Counted from the first letter of the stretch, positions 17,091 through 28,066 are shown. The stretch is DNA of 42,630 bases from an uncultured Azospirillum sp. (GCA_946623145.1 CAMOQT010000003.1:1-42630); one strand, 5' to 3'. A program made the numbers and translations. The notes: generated by a model not told the origin, from the letters alone.

Positions 17091-17558
17091 ATGAATACAC
17101 AAAAACAAATCTCATCTAGTCAAGTTCGTTTTCGTAGTCGTTGCCCGAATGGTGAAATTAATCCTGTTGACGTTTATGTCGGAAAAAGAATCGCTCTTCG
17201 TCGTAAATTATTGAATCTCTCTCAAGATGTTTTAGCAAAAAAACTCGGTATTACTTTTCAACAAGTTCAAAAATATGAAAAAGGAAAAAATCGCATTAGT
17301 GCCAGCCGTTTATGGGATTACAGCCAAATTTTAGGCGTTGAAATTAATTATTTTTTTCAAGACATGCCTCAAGAAATAGCTAATCAAAGTCCGAGAATGT
17401 TTCACAACACAGTAAATGAACAAAACATTTTGTTAGATACACCTTTTGATTTAACCTCTGAAGCACAGGAAATTTTGCTATATTATTCCAAAATTCATCA
17501 CCCTGCTATTTCTCAAGCTATTACTGATTTATTAAAAGCGCTTACACAATCTTATTAA
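17091..17558 (+). CDS. XRE/Cro-CI family HTH transcriptional regulator
   Basis: NPVDVYVGKRI...SQDVLAKKLGITFQQVQKYEKGKNRISASRL, the typical alphaproteobacterial XRE pattern. Confidence 0.92.
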   Translation: MNTQKQISSSQVRFRSRCPNGEINPVDVYVGKRIALRRKLLNLSQDVLAKKLGITFQQVQKYEKGKNRISASRLWDYSQILGVEINYFFQDMPQEIANQSPRMFHNTVNEQNILLDTPFDLTSEAQEILLYYSKIHHPAISQAITDLLKALTQSY

Positions 17559-17562
17559 AAAT

Positions 17563-18453
17563 TTATTTTCCAAGCAAAATTAAACCGATGACAGATGCGA
17601 ATAAAACACCGACAACTTTTAGGCTAATATGCGGACATAGATAATTTTTATAATGACAAACTTGGTAAATATCCCAACCGATAATTAACATAGGATACGT
17701 ATAGATAATTGCTGCAACATATGATGGATTAAATGTTTTAGCCATTGCCACGTTCTTTGAGGCTAAAGACAGAAGTGCCCAAATAACCAATATCACCCCA
17801 TTTTTCAAATTTTGTGGTTTCCACAGCAAGGATGTTTTATAAGTCCTTAAATATGCCCATAAGTTGGCTACACCCATGATAATACTCATAATCAAAATAT
17901 AATAAAAGACAGCCGAAGACAGATTTTCTTTTCCAAAAAACATCGCCTGTTTGTTCAAAATATCCGACCCTGTTGTCATAAACAAGCACGGCAACAAATA
18001 TATAAAGGCACGGAAACCTATCTTACTTTTACGCAATTGCAAAATTGTAATCGTAATTCCTACTAAACAGGCAATGATTCCTAGACACCGCCACGGATTA
18101 TGAATTAATAAAATAATCTGGTACGGATATATCATCAACCAAGAAATAAATGTCACACCGATACTCAACGGTTGAATGGCGCTTGTCATTTCTGCTCCGT
18201 ATTTATTGACGGCATGAAAAAAACGATTATCCAAATATGATGCCCATAAGCCTTGCGCAATTACAAACACATAAAAATAGGGATCATATATGAATGGAAA
18301 AAAAGGAATAAACGGCAACATAACAAGTCCGGCACCGAGACCACGATATGTCATGAATAACGAAGCCGGCATTTTGAAAATTTGGCTTGAATAAATATAA
18401 ACAGCCGTAAATAGGCTGGAAATTAAAGCCGCTATCCACCAAACATTTTCCAT
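17563..18453 (-). CDS. DMT/EamA-like multi-TM transporter (paralog 2)
   Basis: Shares WWI, YRGLG, GAExTS and NPxYVAAI with 15859-16749. Confidence 0.7.
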   Translation of the reverse strand: MENVWWIAALISSLFTAVYIYSSQIFKMPASLFMTYRGLGAGLVMLPFIPFFPFIYDPYFYVFVIAQGLWASYLDNRFFHAVNKYGAEMTSAIQPLSIGVTFISWLMIYPYQIILLIHNPWRCLGIIACLVGITITILQLRKSKIGFRAFIYLLPCLFMTTGSDILNKQAMFFGKENLSSAVFYYILIMSIIMGVANLWAYLRTYKTSLLWKPQNLKNGVILVIWALLSLASKNVAMAKTFNPSYVAAIIYTYPMLIIGWDIYQVCHYKNYLCPHISLKVVGVLFASVIGLILLGK

Positions 18454-18464
18454 ATTCGTTTTCC

Positions 18465-19679
18465 TTAGAAAAACTTTTGAGCCTTACGAACAGCACCAAC
18501 TAAGGCATCAATATCTTCTTTGGTGTTGTATAATCCTAATGATGCTCTTGCTAAAGATTCATATCCCATACGATTAACAATCGGTTGTGCACAATGATGT
18601 CCGGTCCGAACCGCTACCCCTTCTTTATCTAAAATAAAGGCTAAATCCTGAGGATGCATTCCATCAACATTAAAAGAAAAAACCCCGCCTTTATCTTTGG
18701 CTTGTCCGACAACTTTCAAGCCATTGATTGTACTTAATTGTTCCGTTGTATATTGGGTTAATTCTTGTTCGTGTGCTGTAATATTTTGCATTCCCAACGT
18801 CATCATATAATTGACGGCCTCGCCCAAACCAATGGCCTGCATAATTGCCGGTGTTCCCGCTTCAAAACGAAACGGCGGTTCATTAAAGGTTGTCTTTTCA
18901 TAAGTGACGGTATCGACCATATCTCCGCCATATTGATACGGCGGCATAGAATTGAGAATATCATATTTTCCATAAAGTACACCGATACCGCTCGGACCAT
19001 AAGTTTTATGCCCCGAAAAGACAAGAAAATCACAATCTAAATCTTGGACATCAATCTTTTGATGAACGGCATATTGGCAGGCATCAATAAGGACTTTCGC
19101 CCCTACGGTATGTGCTTGACGTGTTATCTCTTTTATCGGAAAAATTGTCCCTAGTACATTAGACATTCCAGTCACAGCGACTAACTTTGTTTTATCTGAC
19201 AGTAGTTTCTGGTATTCTTCTTCCAGATATTCCCCTTTATCATTAACCTTAAATATTTTTAATTTAATTCCTAATTCATCACGCAACGCTTGCCATGGCA
19301 CTAAATTGGCATGATGTTCGGCCTCTGAAATTAAGACTTCATCACCGGCTTTAAGGTACTTTCTTCCCCATGTTGCCGCGACCAAGTTAATTCCCTCTGT
19401 TGCATTGCGAACAAAAACAATCTCTTTATCACTCTTAGTATTCAAAAATTCGTGGATTTTACTGCGTGCTTCTTCGTAAGCAATGGTTATCTGCTCTGAT
19501 AAATGATAAGATCCGCGATGCACATTTGCATACTCCTCAAGATACAAGCAGCGCATTTTTTCAATAACTTGTGCCGGTTTTTGTGCTGAAGCGGCAGAAT
19601 CGAGAAATGTATTCGGTTTACCATTAATTAAAACCGATAAAATAGGGAAATCTTGGCGAATTTTATAAACATCATACAT
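18465..19679 (-). CDS. sufS: Cysteine desulfurase SufS
   Basis: LDSAASAQKP, SGHKTYGP, RTGHHCA. Confidence 0.96.
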   Translation of the reverse strand: MYDVYKIRQDFPILSVLINGKPNTFLDSAASAQKPAQVIEKMRCLYLEEYANVHRGSYHLSEQITIAYEEARSKIHEFLNTKSDKEIVFVRNATEGINLVAATWGRKYLKAGDEVLISEAEHHANLVPWQALRDELGIKLKIFKVNDKGEYLEEEYQKLLSDKTKLVAVTGMSNVLGTIFPIKEITRQAHTVGAKVLIDACQYAVHQKIDVQDLDCDFLVFSGHKTYGPSGIGVLYGKYDILNSMPPYQYGGDMVDTVTYEKTTFNEPPFRFEAGTPAIMQAIGLGEAVNYMMTLGMQNITAHEQELTQYTTEQLSTINGLKVVGQAKDKGGVFSFNVDGMHPQDLAFILDKEGVAVRTGHHCAQPIVNRMGYESLARASLGLYNTKEDIDALVGAVRKAQKFF

Positions 19680-19696
19680 GGTCGCTGACTTGTCCT

Positions 19697-20845
19697 TTAT
19701 CTCAAACTTTTAAACCATTCTCGAATTTTTTCATTTTCAATCATATTGATTACATCATTTAAATAAGCTTCTATCAAAATATTTTTAGCTTCTTCTTCTC
19801 CAATGCCGCGAGATCTCATATAAAATAACTGTTCTTTATCCAACTCTCCGCTGGCAGCCCCATGAGAACATTTAACATCATCCGCAAAAATTTCCAACTC
19901 TGGCTTAACATCTATTTCAGCCGTATCGCTTAACAAAATGGCTTTATGCAATTGCGTTCCCGAAGTATGAACCGCATTCGGAGCAATGTGAATTCGCCCT
20001 TGAAAAACACCTTTTGCCGTTCCGCCGATAACACCTTTCACAATCTGAGAAGATTTCGTTTGCGGCTGATAATGATAAATATTTGTCGTGGTATCAAGCG
20101 TTGCCCAACCGTTCATCATATATGCGGCATTAACAACAGCTTCCGCTTTTTCTCCGTTAAGAGAAACTTCCGTTTCATTGCGGGCGATATTGGCGCCTTT
20201 TTGCAAACAAAAGCTATCATATTTTCCACCTTCGGCAATATTTACTTTATGCAAAGCAATATGATTGGCTTTAAATGCTTCGTTTTGGTATTTATAGTGA
20301 TCTAAATGGGCATAAGATTGAATTTCTATCTCATTGACAATGTTGGCCAAGTAGCAAGACTTTACATTTCCATCATAAGTGAATTGTTCTATAATCTCAG
20401 CTTTAGAATTTGACTTACAAATGATCCGATTGCGGAAATGGTAAAAATAATTTTTATCTTCAGGCATCATAAAATAATTTAAAACTAATGGTTGATTAAG
20501 CGTTCCTGAAATTTCAATTTGTAATCCTTGGGTTAAATAAGCCGCATTCATCTTAGCAAACGGATAATTTGACAAGGCTTCTGCAGATGATATTATTTGA
20601 AAAGTTACACCTTCAATATGAGGAAGTTCGGAAACAATTTTTCCATTACTGATATGTATAATATTAGCAGAAAAAGGAACATTTTCGCCTTTTTTACTTG
20701 TGGTTTCACAAAGCTGATAATCTGTTCCGAGCAAATCACGTAAGCGCGTATATTTCCAAGCTTCTGTTTTAGGTGTCGGCAAAATCACACCGGCTTTTGC
20801 AGCCAGTTCTGAATAAGAATATATTTCGCCGGACATCAAAGTCAT
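19697..20845 (-). CDS. sufD: Fe-S assembly protein SufD
   Basis: EAWKYT, KPELEIFADDVKCSHG, FYMRSRGI. Confidence 0.93.
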   Translation of the reverse strand: MTLMSGEIYSYSELAAKAGVILPTPKTEAWKYTRLRDLLGTDYQLCETTSKKGENVPFSANIIHISNGKIVSELPHIEGVTFQIISSAEALSNYPFAKMNAAYLTQGLQIEISGTLNQPLVLNYFMMPEDKNYFYHFRNRIICKSNSKAEIIEQFTYDGNVKSCYLANIVNEIEIQSYAHLDHYKYQNEAFKANHIALHKVNIAEGGKYDSFCLQKGANIARNETEVSLNGEKAEAVVNAAYMMNGWATLDTTTNIYHYQPQTKSSQIVKGVIGGTAKGVFQGRIHIAPNAVHTSGTQLHKAILLSDTAEIDVKPELEIFADDVKCSHGAASGELDKEQLFYMRSRGIGEEEAKNILIEAYLNDVINMIENEKIREWFKSLR

Positions 20846-20846
20846 A

Positions 20847-21605
20847 CTATTTAACCTTTACATACTCGGCATAACCGTTTTGTTCTAATTCTACCGCCAA
20901 ATTTTTATTACCGGTTTTAACAATATGACCGTCAGCAAAAATATGAACAAAATCAGGTTCTACATAATTTAATAATCTCTGGAAGTGTGTAATGATCAGC
21001 ATCGAGCGTTTGCCGTCTCGCAAGCTGTTCACACTGCCAGCAACAACTTTCATGGCATCAATATCAAGACCTGAATCTGCCTCATCTAAAATAGCAAAAT
21101 CAGGCTTCAAGACTACCATTTCCAGGGCTTCCATACGTTTTTTCTCCCCCCCAGAGAAGCCAACATTAATCGGACGTTTCAACATTTCATTATCTAGACC
21201 GAGTTTACGTCCTTCTTCTCTGACCAATTTTAAAAATTCCATCGTATCCAATTCCGGTAAATTTTTATATTTACGAACAGCATTAACAGAATGTTTCAAA
21301 AAAGTGGTCGATGGGACACCCGGAATTTCAACAGGATACTGCATAACTAAAAAAATACCTTCGCGAGCTCGATCTTCTGTACTCATAGAGAGTAAATCTT
21401 TCCCCTTAAAGCGTACTGTTCCTGAAGTTACCGTATATCCTGGTTTTCCGCATAGAACGTAGGAAAGTGTTGATTTTCCCGCACCGTTAGGTCCCATAAT
21501 CGCATGGATTTCACCCTCATTTATCGTCAGGTTAAAATCTTTGATAATTTGTTTGCCGGAAACTTCGGCGCATAAGTCTTCAATTTCCAATAACGGTGCG
21601 TTCAT
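20847..21605 (-). CDS. sufC: Fe-S assembly ATPase SufC
   Basis: GPNGAGKST, QYPVEIPGV, FSGGEKKR. Confidence 0.96.
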   Translation of the reverse strand: MNAPLLEIEDLCAEVSGKQIIKDFNLTINEGEIHAIMGPNGAGKSTLSYVLCGKPGYTVTSGTVRFKGKDLLSMSTEDRAREGIFLVMQYPVEIPGVPSTTFLKHSVNAVRKYKNLPELDTMEFLKLVREEGRKLGLDNEMLKRPINVGFSGGEKKRMEALEMVVLKPDFAILDEADSGLDIDAMKVVAGSVNSLRDGKRSMLIITHFQRLLNYVEPDFVHIFADGHIVKTGNKNLAVELEQNGYAEYVKVK

Positions 21606-21620
21606 TTTCTCTTTCCTTTT

Positions 21621-21791
21621 TTACTCAGCTGCTTGAGTTCCCAAATACTCAGATTTCAAATCTGTAAGTATTTTTTGTGCTTTAGAAAGAGGCTGAGTAT
21701 CTTTCTTTCTAATATTTTTCAGAATTTCTTTAGCTGAAACAGCCATAATTGTTAATACTTTTACAATTTCTTTGTCTTGTTTTTTTATCAT
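21621..21791 (-). CDS. Small basic hypothetical protein (56 aa) between sufB and sufC
   Basis: Absent from the ORF track. Manual translation: MIKKQDKEIVKVLTIMAVSAKEILKNIRKKDTQPLSKAQKILTDLKSEYLGTQAAE. AAGGGA SD; co-oriented and fills the gap. Confidence 0.55.
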   Translation of the reverse strand: MIKKQDKEIVKVLTIMAVSAKEILKNIRKKDTQPLSKAQKILTDLKSEYLGTQAAE

Positions 21792-21824
21792 TTTTTTCCC
21801 TTTTTCATTTCTTGATTATGTTTT

Positions 21825-23267
21825 TTATCCAACACTACCTTCTAAACTGATGTTTATCAATTTAGCAGCTTCTATTGCAAATTCCATCGGCAGATGCTGC
21901 ATGACTTCTTTGCAAAAACCATTTACTATCAAACTAACGGCCTCTTCTTCACTGATACCGCGTTGTTGACAATAAAATAATTGTTCATCGCTGATTTTTG
22001 AGGTCGTTGCCTCATGTTCCAAAACAGCGCTGCGATTACGATTTTCCACATAAGGAACCGTATGCGAACCGCAGGTTTTGCCAATCAGCAAACTATCGCA
22101 TTGTGAATAATTACGAGCATTATCCGCCTGCGGAGTGACTTTAACCAAACCACGATAGGTCTGATTTGAGAAACCGGCAGAAATTCCTTTCGAGATAATT
22201 TTTGAGGTGGTATTTTTGCCGATATGAATCATTTTCGTTCCGGTATCAGCTTGCTGGCGATTATTTGTAATTGCCACAGAATAGAATTCACCAACCGAAT
22301 TATCCCCCTGTAATACGCAGGAAGGGTATTTCCATGTAACGGCAGATCCTGTTTCTACTTGTGTCCATGAAATTTTAGAATTAACACCGCGACAAGCCGC
22401 ACGTTTGGTCACAAAATTATAGACACCGCCTTTTCCTTCCTTATCTCCCGGATACCAGTTTTGAACTGTCGAATATTTCACTTCGGCATTATTCATCACT
22501 ACAATTTCAACAATAGCCGCATGAAGTTGATTTTCATCACGCTGAGGGGCTGTGCATCCTTCAAGATAAGAGACATAGCTGTCATCTTCGGCGACAATTA
22601 ATGTACGCTCAAATTGCCCAGTATTTTTAGCGTTAATTCTGAAATAAGTCGATAATTCCATCGGGCTTTTAACCCCTTTAGGAATATATACAAACGAACC
22701 ATCTGTAAACACGGCTGAATTCAGACATGCAAAAAAATTATCCGTATAAGGAACAACTGATCCTAAATATTTCTTAACCAAATCCGGATGATTTTTAATA
22801 GCTTCTGAAATTGAGCAAAAAATAATCCCTTTTTCAGCTAATTTAGCACGATACGTTGTTGCAACCGAAACGCTGTCAAAAACGGCATCCACCGCAACAA
22901 CACCAGCCAAAGCTTCCTGTTCTTTAAGAGGAATTCCCAGCTTATTATAGGTTTCGAGCAAATTTTTATCGACTTCATTCAAGCTTTTCGGCGCTTGTTT
23001 TTGCTTTGGGGCCGAATAATAATGCAATGCTTGGTAATCTATTTTATCATAGGTGAGTTTTGCCCAATTCGGTTCTGTCATGGTCTGCCAAAATTCAAAA
23101 GCTTTTAACCGCCATTCTAACAACCATTCGGGCTCCTCTTTTTTACGAGAAATCAAACGAATAATATCTTCATTTAGACCAATAGGAGCCGTATCGGCTT
23201 CAATGTCCGTTACAAAGCCGTATTTATACTTATCTCCGCTTTCGTCTATGATTTCCGGTTGTGTCAT
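21825..23267 (-). CDS. sufB: Fe-S assembly scaffold SufB
   Basis: [28 protein letters not shown]. Start moved to ATG 23267 (MTQPEII). Confidence 0.96.
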   Translation of the reverse strand: MTQPEIIDESGDKYKYGFVTDIEADTAPIGLNEDIIRLISRKKEEPEWLLEWRLKAFEFWQTMTEPNWAKLTYDKIDYQALHYYSAPKQKQAPKSLNEVDKNLLETYNKLGIPLKEQEALAGVVAVDAVFDSVSVATTYRAKLAEKGIIFCSISEAIKNHPDLVKKYLGSVVPYTDNFFACLNSAVFTDGSFVYIPKGVKSPMELSTYFRINAKNTGQFERTLIVAEDDSYVSYLEGCTAPQRDENQLHAAIVEIVVMNNAEVKYSTVQNWYPGDKEGKGGVYNFVTKRAACRGVNSKISWTQVETGSAVTWKYPSCVLQGDNSVGEFYSVAITNNRQQADTGTKMIHIGKNTTSKIISKGISAGFSNQTYRGLVKVTPQADNARNYSQCDSLLIGKTCGSHTVPYVENRNRSAVLEHEATTSKISDEQLFYCQQRGISEEEAVSLIVNGFCKEVMQHLPMEFAIEAAKLINISLEGSVG

Positions 23268-23411
23268 AAAATCCCTTTTATTTTTCTTAAGAATCGAGCT
23301 TAACTTAGCTTTATTTATCATAAATTGCAATGCTTAATTAAAATTTAAATTATAAGCTTTACAATTTAGAACCGATAGAGAACATTTGATATTGAATTTT
23401 AGAGGCTGCTG

Positions 23412-24305
23412 TTGAAAAAATTCGCCATTATTTTGGTTTTGTTGTTTTTATGTTCCGGTTGTTCCTTACAATCCGGAAAATTGCAGCTTTTGCCTTTTAA
23501 TACTTGGTGGGGAAATACTCCTGATACAATTACTGTCCAAAGAGGTGATACCCTTTATAATCTTTCCCGACGCTATAATATTCCTATTCGAGATATTATT
23601 GAAACCAACCATTTAACCCCGCCTTATACCTTATATGTCGGGCGAGTTTTACGTATGCCTACTGCTCGTTACCATACTGTGGTTATGGGCGATACTTTAT
23701 ATAGCATTTCCAGAAAATATAATGTTGATGTGACGACACTCAGTCGGCTGAATAATTTGCGAGAACCCTACACTTTGAGTATCGGTCAAAAATTAGCTTT
23801 ACCTGGAACCGTTAGCGCTTCAACTTATACATCCTCCAGCGAATCGTCAGCCAAAGTTTCTACAAAATCTGTTACCAAAACGACAACGATTGCATCATCT
23901 CAAACAACAAAACAACCTTCTTCCATCCGTAAAACAAAATTTGCTTGGCCTGTTCGCGGAACAATCATTTCGCGCTTTGGAACAATCGGCAAAGGCCGCT
24001 CTAATGATGGTATAAACATCAAAGCTCCTCTTGGAACAACCGTTAAAGCCGCCGATGCAGGTAAAGTTGTTTATGCAGGCAATGAGCTTAAAGGTTTTGG
24101 TAATTTGATACTTATTCAACATAATGACGGCTGGATTACAGCTTATGCGCATAACAATAAATTTTTAGCTAAAAAAGGACAATTTGTTCAAAAGGGGACG
24201 CCTATTGCTCAAGTCGGCAGCTCTGGCGGTGTAAATACTCCACAACTTCATTTTGAGGTTCGTGCCGGCAAAAAACCAATGAATCCTGTTCTTTATCTGC
24301 CTTAA
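23412..24305 (+). CDS. LysM-LysM-M23 lipoprotein (NlpD/DipM-like)
   Basis: Lipobox, two LysM repeats (GDTLY), M23 domain (NDGINI, YAHN, LHFEVR). The first HxxxD is degenerate, as in amidase activators. Confidence 0.88.
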   Translation: MKKFAIILVLLFLCSGCSLQSGKLQLLPFNTWWGNTPDTITVQRGDTLYNLSRRYNIPIRDIIETNHLTPPYTLYVGRVLRMPTARYHTVVMGDTLYSISRKYNVDVTTLSRLNNLREPYTLSIGQKLALPGTVSASTYTSSSESSAKVSTKSVTKTTTIASSQTTKQPSSIRKTKFAWPVRGTIISRFGTIGKGRSNDGINIKAPLGTTVKAADAGKVVYAGNELKGFGNLILIQHNDGWITAYAHNNKFLAKKGQFVQKGTPIAQVGSSGGVNTPQLHFEVRAGKKPMNPVLYLP

Positions 24306-24414
24306 TTATTTCATTTTTTCTGCACAAACAGGTTAAAACTTGCTTTTTAATGCTTGTTATCCTTATATAATGTTGTATAGTATGGTGAATTTTAATTTGT
24401 AGGAGAAAAATGAA

Positions 24415-24723
24415 ATGGACACGACTTTATATCAGTTGTTAATCCTGTTCTTATTGTTTTATTTGTTTTTAATCCGTCCGGAAGCAAAAAAAGCAAAAAA
24501 GCATCAAGAAATGCTTAATTCATTGAAAAAAGGCGACAAAATCATTACACGTAGTGGTGTATACGGCGTTGTTTCTAAAGTTCAAAATGAAAATGATTTA
24601 TTAGTTGATATTGCCGAAGGCGTAACAATTGTTTTAAACAAAATGGGCGTGTTCAGTTTAGCTGACGAAGCTGGTGCTCCTTCAGCAAATAGTCAAACTA
24701 CGAAGAAAAACAAAGGAAAGTAA
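24415..24723 (+). CDS. yajC: Preprotein translocase subunit YajC
   Basis: FLIRP..KK..H..ML..LKKGD..ITRSG. Confidence 0.92.
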   Translation: MDTTLYQLLILFLLFYLFLIRPEAKKAKKHQEMLNSLKKGDKIITRSGVYGVVSKVQNENDLLVDIAEGVTIVLNKMGVFSLADEAGAPSANSQTTKKNKGK

Positions 24724-24724
24724 T

Positions 24725-26266
24725 ATGTATAAATTGTCAACATCTCGAGTCTTCTTGATTTTAGCAATTTGTGCGGTCGGTATTTTCTTTGCCGTTCCGA
24801 ATATGCTGAAGGATAAAGACTCTTTGCCTAAGTGGTGGCAGCCAGTCAATCTTGGTCTTGATTTACAAGGCGGTTCCAATCTATTATTGCAAGTCAAAAT
24901 GGATGACGTTTTGAAAGAAAGAATGTCTACAATAGAGGATTCCGTTCGTCAAGTTTTGCGCGATAATCGTATCCGCTATAAAAATTTACAGGCTAACAGT
25001 GATGGTGTTACCGTAGAAATTGAGAACGCCGGCTCTCGTGCGACAGCCATTTCTAAGTTTTCAAAAATTGACGATGGTTTGGAAATTGTCGAAGATGGAA
25101 ATAATGTTATCACCATTAAATACAGCGACTTTGCTATTAATCAATTAAAAGCCAAAGTTGTTGATCAATCTATTGAAATTGTTCGTCGTCGTATTGATGA
25201 ACTCGGCACAAAAGAGCCTGTTATTCAAGGACAAGGCAGAGACAGAATCGTTGTTCAACTTCCGGGATTGCAAAATCCTGAAGCTGTTAAAGTTTTACTT
25301 GGTAAAACCGCTAAAATGTCTTTCCATATGGTTGATAGTCGCTCAACTGCTGCTGATGCCCGTCGCGGTATGTTAAGCTCGAGTTCCCGTTTAGTCAGCG
25401 GTGATGGTGGTACCTACGTTATCAGCCGTAAACCTGTTGTGGGGGGCGAAAATTTGATTGATGCTCAAGTCGCTTATCAAGATGGATCTCCTGTTGTCAG
25501 TTTCAAATTTAATACAATCGGCGGTAAAAAATTTGGTGAAGCAACTAAAAATAACGTTGGCGAAAGATTAGCCATTGTTTTGGATAATGAAGTTATTTCA
25601 GCTCCGACTATTCAAAGTGCTATTTTGGGTGGCAGCGGTGTCATTACAGGAAACTTTGATGTTAAGTCAGCTAACGATTTGGCTTTACTTTTACGTTCCG
25701 GTGCTCTTCCAGCACCTTTGGAAGTTATTGAGGAACGTACAGTTGGTGCCGGCCTTGGTGCTGATTCTATTAAAGCCGGTGTTTTTGCTTCAATTATCGG
25801 TTTAATCTGCGTTGTTTTATTTATGTTAGCGGCTTATGGTTTATTTGGTTTATTTACAACCATTACCGTTTTCATAAACCTATTCTTAATGCTTGGTGTA
25901 TTGAGTATTATGGGTGCAACTTTAACATTACCTGGTATTGCCGGTGTTATTCTGACAATCGGTATGGCTGTTGATGCTAACGTTTTAATTTTCGAACGTA
26001 TGCGTGAAGAAGTTAAAAATGGTCGTTCAACACGTGATGCCGCTGATGCTGGATTTACAGAAGCATGGCGTACGATTTTGGACTCTAACCTGACAACTTT
26101 AGTTGCTGGCTTTGTTCTGTTTTATTTCGGAACCGGTCCGGTCAGAGGGTTTGCCGTTACTTTAACCGTTGGTGTTTTAACATCTATGTTCACTTCTGTA
26201 ACGGTTTCTCGTTTAATTATTACCTACTGGCTAAATCGTTTTAAGCCTAAAAAACTCCCGATTTAA
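24725..26266 (+). CDS. secD: Protein translocase subunit SecD
   Basis: LGLDLQGG, RRRIDELG, GMAVDANVLIFER. Start at ATG 24725. Confidence 0.96.
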   Translation: MYKLSTSRVFLILAICAVGIFFAVPNMLKDKDSLPKWWQPVNLGLDLQGGSNLLLQVKMDDVLKERMSTIEDSVRQVLRDNRIRYKNLQANSDGVTVEIENAGSRATAISKFSKIDDGLEIVEDGNNVITIKYSDFAINQLKAKVVDQSIEIVRRRIDELGTKEPVIQGQGRDRIVVQLPGLQNPEAVKVLLGKTAKMSFHMVDSRSTAADARRGMLSSSSRLVSGDGGTYVISRKPVVGGENLIDAQVAYQDGSPVVSFKFNTIGGKKFGEATKNNVGERLAIVLDNEVISAPTIQSAILGGSGVITGNFDVKSANDLALLLRSGALPAPLEVIEERTVGAGLGADSIKAGVFASIIGLICVVLFMLAAYGLFGLFTTITVFINLFLMLGVLSIMGATLTLPGIAGVILTIGMAVDANVLIFERMREEVKNGRSTRDAADAGFTEAWRTILDSNLTTLVAGFVLFYFGTGPVRGFAVTLTVGVLTSMFTSVTVSRLIITYWLNRFKPKKLPI

Positions 26267-26287
26267 TGAAGATAAGGAAATTAAAAA

Positions 26288-27223
26288 ATGAAAATATTTA
26301 ATTGGGTTACAAAAGATACAAACTTTAATTTTATGAAAGCTGCCAAACCGACTTTCATTGTTTCTACATTGTTGGTTATATTGTCTTTTGTCAGCTTTGC
26401 CGTTAAGGGTTTTAATTACGGCATTGACTTTTCAGGCGGTATTTTGATTGAAATTGAAAGCCCGGAAGCTATTGATGCTGAGTCTTTGAGAAAACAACTG
26501 ACAGAAGTTAAGCTTGATGACTTAAATATTCAATCTATCGGCGACAGCGGACAAGAATTTATGATTCGCGCTCAAGCCGAAAGTTTGGATGAAAAAGCAC
26601 AAATGGCTGCCGTTAGTGAAATTAAAAATGTTCTCGGAAGCGATTACGAATATAAACGTGTCGAACTCGTTGGGCCGCAAGTCGGTAGTGAGTTAAAACG
26701 TGCAGGATTACTTGCTTCTGTCGGCGCTATTTTAGCAATTTCCTTATATATCTGGATTCGTTTTGAATGGCAATTTGCTTTAGGTGCGATGATTGGTTTG
26801 TTCCATGACTTGATTATCACTGCCGGTTTATTGTCTTTCTTTCATTTGGATTTCAGCTTAACAACGGTTGCAGCTCTCTTAACTTTAGCCGGTTATTCCG
26901 TCAACGATACTGTTGTAACTTATGACCGTATCAGAGAGAATTTGCAGAAGTTCAGAAGAATGCCGCAGACAGATTTGTTAAATAAAAGTATTAACGATAT
27001 TTTGTCTCGTACAATCTTGACAGGCTTAACAACTTTGTTGGCGGCAGGAGCTTTGTTCATTTGGGGTGGAGATGCTTTAAGAAGTTTCTCTTTCACCATC
27101 GTTTGGGGTATCCTGATTGGAACATATTCTTCTATTTATGTTTGCGGAACATTCTTAAATCTGTTTGACTTAAGAGCCGCTCAAGATGATAAAAACATTA
27201 ATCCGTTTGGCAATGTTGATTAA
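26288..27223 (+). CDS. secF: Protein translocase subunit SecF
   Basis: GIDFSGG, VGPQVG, GYSVNDTVVTYDRIRE. Confidence 0.96.
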   Translation: MKIFNWVTKDTNFNFMKAAKPTFIVSTLLVILSFVSFAVKGFNYGIDFSGGILIEIESPEAIDAESLRKQLTEVKLDDLNIQSIGDSGQEFMIRAQAESLDEKAQMAAVSEIKNVLGSDYEYKRVELVGPQVGSELKRAGLLASVGAILAISLYIWIRFEWQFALGAMIGLFHDLIITAGLLSFFHLDFSLTTVAALLTLAGYSVNDTVVTYDRIRENLQKFRRMPQTDLLNKSINDILSRTILTGLTTLLAAGALFIWGGDALRSFSFTIVWGILIGTYSSIYVCGTFLNLFDLRAAQDDKNINPFGNVD

Positions 27224-27250
27224 AAAAAGGGAGGTTAACCTCCCTTTTTT
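27223..27250. terminator. Bidirectional terminator between secF and mutT
   Basis: Perfect palindrome aaaaaagggaggttaacctccctttttt. Confidence 0.85.
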
Positions 27251-27256
27251 ATTTTT

Positions 27257-27658
27257 TTAAGCCACTTCTTTATTTTTCTTTAAAGCTGCTAAAATCGGTC
27301 TATCTGCCGGAGGAAATTCGTAATCATCCATTTCAGACAGACTGACCCAGCGGGCTTGTTCATGATCAGGATGAAATGAGATATCATCACTTTTACTTTC
27401 AGCCCAATAGGCATTCAGAACTATTGTCCCAAAATCATAATCAAAGCTCGATTGCATAAAAAATTCACCTACAGTCACGGGCAGATTAAACTCTTCCATA
27501 AGTTCTCTTTTCAGGCATTGCGGCAAGGTTTCACCTTCCTCAAGCTTTCCCCCCGGAAATTCCCATAAATACTCTAAGCTTTTACCTTTTTTGCGTTGAG
27601 CAATAAGTATCTTGTTTTGATATTTAATAATACCGGCTGCAACTTGTTTAACAGACAT
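27257..27658 (-). CDS. MutT/NudG-like Nudix (d)NTP pyrophosphohydrolase
   Basis: WEFPGGKLEEGE...LKRELMEE Nudix box; FPPAD. Confidence 0.9.
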   Translation of the reverse strand: MSVKQVAAGIIKYQNKILIAQRKKGKSLEYLWEFPGGKLEEGETLPQCLKRELMEEFNLPVTVGEFFMQSSFDYDFGTIVLNAYWAESKSDDISFHPDHEQARWVSLSEMDDYEFPPADRPILAALKKNKEVA

Positions 27659-27769
27659 TTTTTTCCTTCTTATCTAATTATATTATATATACACATACCT
27701 CAGCTTCTCTTGTAATTCAAATAAAAATATGCTGATATAAAATAGCAAATTAATAAAGGAGATAAATTA

Positions 27770-28066
27770 ATGAATAAATATATTTTAGTTGCTGCTATTT
27801 TAGCTCTTTCTACCAATGCTTATGCTGCAGATGTTCTCACAACTTTAGATAAGGTTAATTCCAAAGTCGTTGCCACTCAGGGAGAAGTTGATGCAAGTAA
27901 GGCTAAATTACAAGCTAAGCAAGATGCTCTGAAAGAAAAAGTAGCAGGTGCTACAGATGCTAAGACATCAGAGACTTCTGAAAAAGCAGCTAAAATTCAA
28001 GAAAAAGTTAATACTATTAACACAAACTTGAACACATTGAAAAATAGTTTAACGGTTGCTGAATAA
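27770..28066 (+). CDS. Small secreted coiled-coil protein
   Basis: Signal peptide (AYA|AD), strong SD, Ala/Lys/Thr-rich helical body, own terminator. Confidence 0.75.
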   Translation: MNKYILVAAILALSTNAYAADVLTTLDKVNSKVVATQGEVDASKAKLQAKQDALKEKVAGATDAKTSETSEKAAKIQEKVNTINTNLNTLKNSLTVAE

